Source: a virus (Duplodnaviria; Caudoviricetes). From it: DNA of 26,025 nt. The first letter of the stretch is position 1; every line of letters starts with the position of its first letter. This document shows positions 18,883 to 26,025 of this stretch, piece after piece. The notes under the pieces were generated by a model. It had not been told where the DNA came from. It worked only from the letters and a program-made list of their open reading frames with translations, and ran no database searches. The DNA lies in IMG/VR virus record IMGVR_UViG_3300005573_000256, positions 1-26,025 of that record, one strand, 5' to 3'. The translations under genes were made by a program, and so were the position numbers.

Positions 18883-20268
18883 TTAAAATTCTTTTTCCAA
18901 TAAATTAGCCGTAAATGGTTTGTACTTGACATCCTCTCTCTCTTCCTTGGAGTCTTTTTCCAATGAAAAAGTTCCCCTTGAAATTATATGCTCATCAATC
19001 CATGCAACGCCCCGCTGAAATGCTTCCAGCGCATGATTTTCTGCTTGCTCTATCTTTTTCCAAGTAATTGATTCAATTTGCCTTCTCAAATTTTTACAAC
19101 GTTCGAATATTTTAATTTTGTCAATTCGTAACAATCTATTACATATCTCCGCTCTTGTCTCAATGCCTATATTATAACCTTGCAGATTAAGCCCATATTG
19201 TCTGCGATACTCATCCGCAGGAGTGAGACCATCACGTTCCGACTGGAACGCTCTTGGGCAAGCAATAATTGCCTTTGGATAACTATATTCTTTGTATAAC
19301 TCTTGTATTCTTTTAGCATGATGTGATATTGTCATTCCTTCCTGATAATATTCGTCGAATATTACGATTTCCCCGGTCCGCCTTGAGTAAGCCATGAATA
19401 GCCATACTGTAGGATTGGCAATGCCATAATCCATAGCATCAATACGTATCCATTCCTCACCCTGTGGTAAAAAATAATTATTATGGGAGATTATATGTCT
19501 GTGCTCATTATATTCTGGATGGACTAATCCACCAATCCCAATTGGCAATGCCCACATATATTTCGCATTCCAGAACTTGGAATGCGTTGAAATCTGATCA
19601 TCATAATAACCGGGAGCGATATTGTGTTCATTAAGGAATGGAGGTGGCCAGAATCCTATCCAATTATTATTGATCCCACGATATATACCATAATCTCTTG
19701 TTACTGTTTCACCACCTCTTGTCCATGTGCCAGTATATCTTTCCATTGGTATCAAATAAAATTTTTCCCAATACCAATCTTTCGCTTCCGGATTCCCAAT
19801 CCAGACAGATTTCACTTCCTTGTCTTCCCGCCCATGCGAGAGTCTCGAAATTGCCATGTCGAATATTTCCGGATCAATCTCTTCTGCTTGATCCCCCATT
19901 ACATAAGATAACGTCACATTTTTCAACTTTTTTTTGTCATCCGGTCTATCTAAAGCAAAAAATATAATTCTACTATTATTATGAAATAATAAAATTTTTT
20001 GCGACTTATTAAATGCTTCACCGGTTAAATCCCAATCATGAATCTCCTTGAACTGATGAATTGTAGAAGTCCATAACTCACTATTAATATTGCGGATAAC
20101 GCCCGCTGTTGAACCCGGATACTTATGTAAATAACTTAATAAATCCATACAAGCCATGAATGTTTTACCGCTTCTGAATTCTGCAAAATACGCTCTATGT
20201 TTTGCAGGGCAAGTCAAAAATTTCCATTGCCATTCATTCCAATATATCTTTTTCGTTATCTTTTCCAT
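18883..20268 (-). CDS. terL: Terminase large subunit
   Basis: Walker A FRSGKT, Walker B YVMGDQ, GNP coupling motif, nuclease AMDYG..NPT and FDEYY. Confidence 0.92.
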   Translation of the reverse strand: MEKITKKIYWNEWQWKFLTCPAKHRAYFAEFRSGKTFMACMDLLSYLHKYPGSTAGVIRNINSELWTSTIHQFKEIHDWDLTGEAFNKSQKILLFHNNSRIIFFALDRPDDKKKLKNVTLSYVMGDQAEEIDPEIFDMAISRLSHGREDKEVKSVWIGNPEAKDWYWEKFYLIPMERYTGTWTRGGETVTRDYGIYRGINNNWIGFWPPPFLNEHNIAPGYYDDQISTHSKFWNAKYMWALPIGIGGLVHPEYNEHRHIISHNNYFLPQGEEWIRIDAMDYGIANPTVWLFMAYSRRTGEIVIFDEYYQEGMTISHHAKRIQELYKEYSYPKAIIACPRAFQSERDGLTPADEYRRQYGLNLQGYNIGIETRAEICNRLLRIDKIKIFERCKNLRRQIESITWKKIEQAENHALEAFQRGVAWIDEHIISRGTFSLEKDSKEEREDVKYKPFTANLLEKEF

Positions 20269-20716
20269 CTTCTATTGCATTATCATTTCCATTTTCTATT
20301 ATATTATTATTTTTATTTTGAAATAATGGAGTCATCTCATATACAATCATTGTTCCAGTTGAAATAAATGGTTTGATTTCTTTCAGTCCTTTTAGTTCTG
20401 CAATCTCTTTTTCAATTGCAAGTATGGTTCGTACCATTTCAGGTGTTATGCCTTTTTCTTGGCATTCCTTTTCGCACATCGATACTAATTTATGTAATCT
20501 GTTAAGTGTCTTCCCTAATTCTGTCTCACGGTCAATTTTCGCCTCTTCTGATATTATTCTATTGGCTTTTGTAATATAAGCTCTTACAGACCGTGGTGAT
20601 AAATGCGGATATCTGTCACGTGTCAATTGGATAATTTCTTTGTGAGTATGTCTATTGATTAACAATTGATATACATAATTTAGTATTTCCAATGCTTGTG
20701 CTCTTGTTGCCGTCAT
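20234..20716 (-). CDS. Probable terminase small subunit
   Basis: Helical, HTH-like N-terminus; overlaps the start of terL. Confidence 0.65.
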   Translation of the reverse strand: MTATRAQALEILNYVYQLLINRHTHKEIIQLTRDRYPHLSPRSVRAYITKANRIISEEAKIDRETELGKTLNRLHKLVSMCEKECQEKGITPEMVRTILAIEKEIAELKGLKEIKPFISTGTMIVYEMTPLFQNKNNNIIENGNDNAIEDGKDNEKDILE

Positions 20717-20838
20717 ATTTTATCATCCTTTGACATAATTTTTGATATATTTTTAGTTTCCCATAATTTCAATATTTATAACAATTTAATTATCAAAATA
20801 AGCTAAAATCAATAAAATCAATGAGTTAATATTATTTT

Positions 20839-21003
20839 TTAGACTAAATAATGCTTAATATAATTTATAAAATCCTCTATAGCAATCTCTGTCTCAAAAT
20901 ATCCCTTATAATCACATTCTTCACAGCCTGTTCCTTCACATTTTTCGCACCAACAATGTAATATTAACATTGATTTATCTAATTTGAGTTTTTCAAATGT
21001 CAT
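20839..21003 (-). CDS. Small 54-aa zinc-finger protein (not in the ORF track)
   Basis: MTFEKLKLDKSMLILHCWCEKCEGTGCEECDYKGYF...; CxxCxGxGCxxC motif. Confidence 0.65.
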   Translation of the reverse strand: MTFEKLKLDKSMLILHCWCEKCEGTGCEECDYKGYFETEIAIEDFINYIKHYLV

Positions 21004-21015
21004 ATTTTATCTTTT

Positions 21016-21447
21016 TTATACAAATTCAGTTTTATCAACGGCCTCATTGGGCGCCGGAATTTGGATGCCCAAAAAATCCAATGCCCATTGACGAATTCTA
21101 TCAATATATTCGGAAAATTCTTTTTTACTTAATCTTGTAGTTGATTCCGGAATGAGAGTTCCCATCACTTCAATTTTGTTCAAAAATTTTTCTTTGAAAA
21201 CCTCATGCAATTCTTCCGGGGTATGCTCTGTAACTTCTGAAATTATCTGTAATACAACTCCCCAATAATATCTATTTTGCGATAAACTTCGTCTTTTATG
21301 AATTGGTTTAATTATACATTCGACTAATTTTTTTTCTAAAGTTGATAAGTAAAATTTAAACAAATCGTTAAAATCTGGAAGTGGAACAAATTGTCCATTC
21401 TGAATTGTACCTCGAAAAATTGGATAAATTTTGCTCATTATAGCCAA
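21016..21447 (-). CDS. NinB/Orf-like protein
   Basis: RSLSQNRYYWG...LHEVFK...STTRLSKKEFSEYI motifs. Confidence 0.75.
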   Translation of the reverse strand: MAIMSKIYPIFRGTIQNGQFVPLPDFNDLFKFYLSTLEKKLVECIIKPIHKRRSLSQNRYYWGVVLQIISEVTEHTPEELHEVFKEKFLNKIEVMGTLIPESTTRLSKKEFSEYIDRIRQWALDFLGIQIPAPNEAVDKTEFV

Positions 21448-21827
21448 TATCTATTTGTTCTTTTTCTGTCTAATCTTTTATTTATTAATTTCTCAATTTT
21501 CTTTGTTATATACAATCCTAAAAAATTAAAACACAAATCTTTTGTGCTAAATCCATCCCCACCAATTATGCCATATTTCTCATATGGTAAAATTGCATCC
21601 TTTACTTCCCAACATATACTTGTAATTATGCAGATTTCGGTGGAGTTTTTTTCATTTATTCCTAATTCTCTAAAATACAAATATAATACCGAAGTTCCAA
21701 GCGCATGTTCGAGTTTATCATACTTTAGAATTAACCCATCTGTTGAATCCCATTTATCGTGCGACCAAAAATTCGCAAAACAAAAATTTACTAAAAAAAA
21801 TAATATAATGCAAGTAATTTTTTTCAT
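21438..21827 (-). CDS. YfiM/DUF2279-like membrane protein with signal peptide
   Basis: DKLEH...WEVKD...GDGFSTKD pattern. Confidence 0.6.
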   Translation of the reverse strand: MKKITCIILFFLVNFCFANFWSHDKWDSTDGLILKYDKLEHALGTSVLYLYFRELGINEKNSTEICIITSICWEVKDAILPYEKYGIIGGDGFSTKDLCFNFLGLYITKKIEKLINKRLDRKRTNRYWL

Positions 21828-21889
21828 AATTTTGCCAATTATACAATATCTTTAATTTGTAAATGAAATTACAACCTCTTTTGTTCCCA

Positions 21890-22729
21890 TTAAATAATAA
21901 CTTCTTCTAATAATACGGGCTCGCAATCTTGGATATGTAATCTCAAGTAACCTATTTCCCGTGGATCAAATCCGGCATATTCTGCATAACCAGAAATTCC
22001 AATACCATACAATCTCTCAAAACTGCCTGTGCACCCATACCATCGCAAATCTGGATGAATATATTCTGCGCTATAATCCACTTTTTGTAAATTTGTATAG
22101 TGCTGTTTTAATAAATTATCTTTTTCGGAAATATATAAAATTCTAACTGGTTTTACTGTCTTTAACAAATGAGCGTTAGCGCAAAGCATAACAGCACAAT
22201 CACCCATCTTATTTTTCAAACGCATCTTAAGTGATGCCTTGATATTGGCATCCATCTGTTCCGGATCTTTTGCGTTTGATCGAAATTGAAAAATCGAATG
22301 ATGTAAGAACATTTTAAAACATATTTTTTTGTTATAAGTAAATATTACAACTGCAGTAAAAGTACCATAAGATATACCGAGAGCATTGCAAATATATTGT
22401 GCGATATCACCATAACGATGGAGAGCTCGCTCGTGATTTCCTTGTAAACCAACTATGCCTTGTTTTGCGATTGGCGCAAACCATCTAATGGCTTCGTCTG
22501 CTTGTTCCATTGGTAATAATCTTTCGATTCCATGATAATATCTCTTATCATTTGTTTTTATTGCATTTATCCAATCCCCAAGATGCATCCACAATTCATT
22601 TTGATTTTTTATTCTTTCGATCGTTTCTCGCAACTTATCCTCCGCACATAATATACTACCAATATGTGTATCAGATAAGCAATTTATTATAATATCTTTT
22701 CTTGGTAATTCATATCTTATTATCTGCAT
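21890..22729 (-). CDS. Calcineurin-like metallophosphoesterase
   Basis: SDTHIG, HLGDW, GNHE and LHH motifs. Confidence 0.88.
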   Translation of the reverse strand: MQIIRYELPRKDIIINCLSDTHIGSILCAEDKLRETIERIKNQNELWMHLGDWINAIKTNDKRYYHGIERLLPMEQADEAIRWFAPIAKQGIVGLQGNHERALHRYGDIAQYICNALGISYGTFTAVVIFTYNKKICFKMFLHHSIFQFRSNAKDPEQMDANIKASLKMRLKNKMGDCAVMLCANAHLLKTVKPVRILYISEKDNLLKQHYTNLQKVDYSAEYIHPDLRWYGCTGSFERLYGIGISGYAEYAGFDPREIGYLRLHIQDCEPVLLEEVII

Positions 22730-22745
22730 ATCTCAATCTCCATTT

Positions 22746-23057
22746 TTAGTATCTAATATGTCGTATTTTTTCTTTTACACGGCACATTATACATATTGTT
22801 TTTTCATCCGGAATTAACGGACATCCGCACCAGAGACATTTATTTTCCTTTTTCCGCTTTGCAATAATTTTTGGTTTCCACCGTTTCGTTGTTTCTCTAT
22901 TTTTGGCCAAACAATCACTACAATATACATAACCCGGTTCTGCTTTTCGAGTACACCATATGCATAATCCTTGCTCTCTATGTCTCCTGCGCCATCTTTG
23001 TTTTTGAATGCGCCATTGCAATCTTACTTTGTTAACATCAACAATTTTATTATGCAT
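22746..23057 (-). CDS. Basic protein with four CxxC pairs (two zinc ribbons)
   Basis: CIWC/CSDC and CLWC/CIMC. Confidence 0.75.
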   Translation of the reverse strand: MHNKIVDVNKVRLQWRIQKQRWRRRHREQGLCIWCTRKAEPGYVYCSDCLAKNRETTKRWKPKIIAKRKKENKCLWCGCPLIPDEKTICIMCRVKEKIRHIRY

Positions 23058-23078
23058 TGTTTTTATTTTTTAACTTTA

Positions 23079-23433
23079 TTATTTCCAATATTTGCCAGCA
23101 ATAAAAATCCATTTACCAGTTTTATCAATTTCCAATAATTTTTCAAATCCTTTTTCATAATCGAATTGTTTCCAATATCTCCCTGCCCAATATATCCATT
23201 CCCCCGTCTTATCAATTTCAAGCAATCTTCTCAATCCATTTTTGTAATCAAATTGCTTCCAATTGCTCCCCGCCCAATATATCCATATGAGCGGATGCAG
23301 AAAAACAATTTCTGCAATTTTTACTCATTTCATCCATTTGATAAATTTGATTTATCTCAAAATAATATTTGTTTCCATTGCATTGTAAATAATATCCTTT
23401 TTTATCTTTCTGAAATGCTTTAATTGTTTTCAT
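23079..23433 (-). pseudogene. Frameshifted gene for a Trp-rich 29-aa repeat protein
   Basis: RBS-led ORF at 23433 overlaps a startless +1 frame encoding about 2.3 WIYWAG...LLEIDKTG repeats; stop at 23079. Confidence 0.7.
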
Positions 23434-23633
23434 GATTTGACTCCTCTATTTTTTCATAAAATTTTCAAGTTGTATCCCGGCACATATTAATGCACGCTCT
23501 ATATGATAACTCTTAGAAAAACTATAATCAATTGGCCAACCGTTAATAGGGGCTATTAAGATGGACTCGCATTACTCCTTTCCTTTTTCAATTAACATAT
23601 CAATATATTTAGAGCCAGCAATTCTATTTTTCA

Positions 23634-23963
23634 TTATTCCCTGTCACCAATATCATGTGCCCAATAATAGGCCCATCCCGACTCTGTTATTCGGTCCCGC
23701 ATGATATCCCTGTCACCAATATTCAGTGCCCAATAATAGGCCCATCTTGACTCCGTTATTCGGTCCCGCATTATTTCCCTGTCACCAATATCACGTGCCC
23801 AATAATAGGCCCATCGTTCTGGGGCATATGATGCAATTTTGTCAATTGTATCATTATCTTCAAAATTTTTTTCCAAAAACTCCAAAGCTTCCTTTACTTC
23901 CGGCTCGCAAAAATCATGATTGCCTGAGCGTAAAATTCTGACAACGTCTTTTTTGGTCTTCAT
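23634..23963 (-). CDS. Protein with 23-aa WAYYWA tandem repeats
   Basis: AAGGAGG before ATG 23963; about 2.6 copies of RWAYYWAxDIGDRxIMRDRITES. Confidence 0.8.
   Translation of the reverse strand: MKTKKDVVRILRSGNHDFCEPEVKEALEFLEKNFEDNDTIDKIASYAPERWAYYWARDIGDREIMRDRITESRWAYYWALNIGDRDIMRDRITESGWAYYWAHDIGDRE
23637..23818. repeat. 69-bp coding tandem repeat (about 2.6 units)
   Basis: CCCTGTCACCAATAT...TGCCCAATAATAGGCCCATC occurs three times. Confidence 0.9.
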
Positions 23964-24013
23964 AACTTCCTCCTTCTCCTTCTGCCCGCCTTGCACCACA
24001 TGGGGCGGATTAC

Positions 24014-24232
24014 TCAATAAGCCGTGGTCGCTCTTTTTATTTTCAAATCATTAACTCTATATACCCTCTTGCCATCTGTTGCATAACTCATAACATTATC
24101 CGCATTGTCGATTGTAGACCACATAATTGTCACCTTGACAACCTTATAGCCGGATTTCGTTTTGACGACAATGCCTTTAATGTCGCCACCTAATATATCC
24201 TTCATTTTTTCGATTGATTTATAGTACCCCAT
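24014..24232 (-). CDS. Small hypothetical protein
   Basis: GAGG RBS; first gene after the 24.3-24.6 kb control region. Confidence 0.65.
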   Translation of the reverse strand: MGYYKSIEKMKDILGGDIKGIVVKTKSGYKVVKVTIMWSTIDNADNVMSYATDGKRVYRVNDLKIKRATTAY

Positions 24233-24370
24233 GGCTACCTCTTTTTTGGGTTATCTGTTTCAACTTTTATTTGTTCGCAAATCTCATGCCATTTTTATTT
24301 TTTTTAAAATAATATATTGATTATTCTAAATTTATAGCATTCAGAAGGCCAGCATTTAAAATTTAAAAAT

Positions 24371-24538
24371 GTTGCATTTTGCAACACAAAAACATGCATC
24401 GTACAGCACAATTTGATTTAACTTAAAGATATACAAAAACTTATAAACGTTGCATTTTGCAATAAAATTTCGTTAAATTTCTGCCTTTAAGATACTGTTT
24501 TTGTTAAACTTAAATACATAAACGTTGCATTTTGCAAC
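24371..24538. promoter_or_regulatory. Three GTTGCA-TTT-TGCAA(C/T) palindromes
   Basis: At 24371-24385, 24449-24463 and 24524-24538 (spacing 78 and 75 bp). Confidence 0.75.
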
Positions 24539-24652
24539 AAAATGATGCGTTTTTCAACAGAAGTAAAACTTTGATTTTTATTGATTTAACGGTATACATT
24601 TATGACTTAAGATTTGTACTCCATGCGAAATACGATAAGATCAAGAAATCCA
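24521..24652. repeat. Degenerate direct copy of left-end 137-225 plus collapsed VRR-NUC gene fragments
   Basis: Ungapped similarity over about 89 bp; TGCGAAATACGATAAGATCA matches TGCGAAATATAATAAGATCA near 395-414. Confidence 0.8.
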
Positions 24653-24671
24653 GGGCCAAGCTTGTACCTTA

Positions 24672-25109
24672 TTATATTTTTTCAATTTTTTTTTGATCAT
24701 ACGGGAGTCTATAGCTTAAAATTTTTGAAATAGGATATTTCGAAATTGAAACTCTATTATGTTGGTTTCCACCTAAAAGCCATATATAATAATCACTCTT
24801 TTTTATAAAAAATCCCACATGCCCGTTTGTTTCCCCATGTTTTAGTACCACAATACACCCACGTACCGGCTCTTTGATTTCACGCCCCCAATTTAACCAC
24901 GACAAAGCCCAAGCATTGTTTGTTCCTTCAATCCCTACTTGTTTCAACACCCAATTGACAAAAGCACTTCCCCAAGGTACTACATCGTTCAAAGCATCCC
25001 TTTGCCCGAAACTTGTTGTCTTTAAGTATTCTACCACTTTGGGATTTTGGCTTTCTCCAGGCAATTCTTTTACACCCAATTCTCTCAATGCAATATCAAT
25101 CCAATTCAT
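24672..25109 (-). CDS. TIGR02594-family paralog with the catalytic Cys replaced by Gly
   Basis: Aligns along its length with 650..1102; PWGSAF versus PWCSAF. Confidence 0.88.
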   Translation of the reverse strand: MNWIDIALRELGVKELPGESQNPKVVEYLKTTSFGQRDALNDVVPWGSAFVNWVLKQVGIEGTNNAWALSWLNWGREIKEPVRGCIVVLKHGETNGHVGFFIKKSDYYIWLLGGNQHNRVSISKYPISKILSYRLPYDQKKIEKI

Positions 25110-25132
25110 ATTTTACCTCTTTTGTTTTTGAC

Positions 25133-25161
25133 AATTTAATTTACCAAAATCATTTTGTCAA
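25133..25161 (-). promoter_or_regulatory. Sigma70-like promoter for the lysin paralog
   Basis: TTGACA (25156-25161)-N17-TAAATT (25133-25138), then a GAGG RBS. Confidence 0.7.
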
Positions 25162-25418
25162 TAATAAAAATCATAAACTGTATACAAAGCAATAATAGAA
25201 CCAATAAAACCAATGTATAAAAATAAAAACAATATTCAGAACAATATCCAGAACTTCATTCTGAACTCTTTTATAAAAACAAAACAATACAATAATGTAA
25301 ACGTAAAAATGCGAATGAACGTAATAATACGAATAAATGCAATATGAGTAACGATATAAATAAATGCAATCATGAGTAAATTCAATAATAAGAGTCATAA
25401 TGTGAGTTAATTTAATGG

Positions 25419-25543
25419 AGTGAGTAAATTCAAACATATAAGTAATGTGTGAGTACATTTGATAATCTGAATAATTAAGTGGGTAAATTCAAACATATAA
25501 GTAATGTGTGAGTACATTTGATAATCTGAATAATGAAGTGAGT
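25419..25543. repeat. 59-bp tandem duplication within a periodic TGAGT array
   Basis: Units 25419-25477 and 25478-25536 differ at 2 positions. Confidence 0.92.
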
Positions 25544-25630
25544 TATTAATAATATGAGTAAAAAAGTGATGTAAAATTGGGATTGAAATGAGTGTAAAAG
25601 ACGCAGTACGTTTCGTGCGAAGTGGGACTC

Positions 25631-25697
25631 CACGCGCACGCACGCGCACGCACGCGCACGCACGCGCACGCGCACGCGCACGCACGCGCACGCACGC
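25631..25697. repeat. 67-bp alternating (C-purine)n tract of CACG/CG units
   Basis: Every odd position is C and every even position is A or G. Confidence 0.95.
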
Positions 25698-25720
25698 CCT
25701 ATAGGTGAAACATTTGGAAT

Positions 25721-25752
25721 GTCGCGCCCCGTGCGAGCTCGTGGATTGAAAC
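25721..25752 (+). CRISPR. Solitary type I-C-like CRISPR repeat (no array, no cas genes)
   Basis: GTCGCGCCCCGTGCGAGCTCGTGGATTGAAAC, 32 bp, with the GTCGC start and GTGGATTGAAAC end of I-C repeats. Confidence 0.85.
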
Positions 25753-26025
25753 AGACTGGAGCAAAAACTTAATGTCCATTTGCTTAATCAATGGAAATGA
25801 TAAGTAATAAATGTATATTTGTAACTCAATGAAAATCAAAGATTTATCTCGGTTGCAAAATGCACCAATTCGTTGCATTTTGCAATATTTGTTGTTATAA
25901 CCCAAATATTTTCAATATGTTAGATTTCAAAATTTTGCGTTTTTTTTGTTTTATTTTGCAACTTTTCTAAGTTTATATTTTTTTTGAAGTTGAGTCAAAA
26001 TCGCTCAAAAATGAGGTTTTTTTTG
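25753..26025. repeat. Right terminal inverted repeat including a deleted remnant of the VRR-NUC 3' end
   Basis: Reverse complement of 1-318 with gaps of about 1, 30 and 14 nt. Confidence 0.92.
25852..25901 (+). promoter_or_regulatory. Outward-facing promoter with palindromes (mirror of the left end)
   Basis: TTGCAT (25873-25878)-N17-TATAAC (25896-25901); palindromes at 25852-25866 and 25872-25886. Confidence 0.6.

Noticed and set aside
23446-23634. In-frame TAA between MKNRIAG...KGKE and CESILIAP...MKK as evidence of stop-codon recoding
   Set aside because: A single case; long genes are intact under the standard code and TAA is the main stop. More likely a gene remnant.
23637-23818. DGR template/variable repeat pair or CRISPR array
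   Set aside because: Contiguous in-frame coding repeats with no unique spacers and no reverse transcriptase in the window
759-25195. All + strand ORFs in the track (e.g. 16920..17762, 21391..21855)
   Set aside because: Antisense shadows of well-supported - strand genes, with no recognisable motifs
25419-25543. 59-bp duplication as a CRISPR array
   Set aside because: The units abut with no variable spacer and do not resemble the I-C repeat
25579-25711. GGATTGAAAT (near 25580) and GGTGAAAC (near 25704) as further degenerate CRISPR repeats
   Set aside because: Only short 3'-end matches, and the spacing does not fit a repeat-spacer period
25171-25905. ORFs 25171..25458, 25407..25691, 25475..25681 and 25699..25905
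   Set aside because: Low-complexity translations of repeats and skewed DNA, with no convincing RBS

Overview
AT-rich 26 kb contig carrying a complete virion-assembly and lysis region of a tailed (siphovirus-like) phage or prophage, with every credible gene on the - strand. Right to left: small accessory genes, a metallophosphoesterase, a YfiM-like protein, a NinB-like protein, terminase, a DUF935-type portal fused to a MuF-like domain, a Mu-like protease/scaffold, decoration protein, major capsid, neck proteins, two tail-tube paralogs, a -1 frameshifting tail chaperone, tape measure, hub, Dit-like/LamG protein, holin-like protein, TIGR02594-type lysin and a VRR-NUC nuclease. I recognise no integrase, repressor, polymerase, primase or helicase. 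The ends are inverted repeats (121 bp identical, about 270-320 bp degenerate) that hold GTTGCA-N3-TGCAAC palindromes over outward-facing promoters. The most unusual part is the right-hand 1.7 kb. It contains a decayed direct copy of the left end, a lysin paralog whose catalytic Cys is replaced by Gly and which has its own promoter, an iteron-like TGAGT array, a 67-bp alternating (CR)n tract, and a solitary type I-C-like CRISPR repeat. That repeat is joined exactly to a degenerate copy of the element's own VRR-NUC gene. All family calls come from motif recognition by eye, not database searches.
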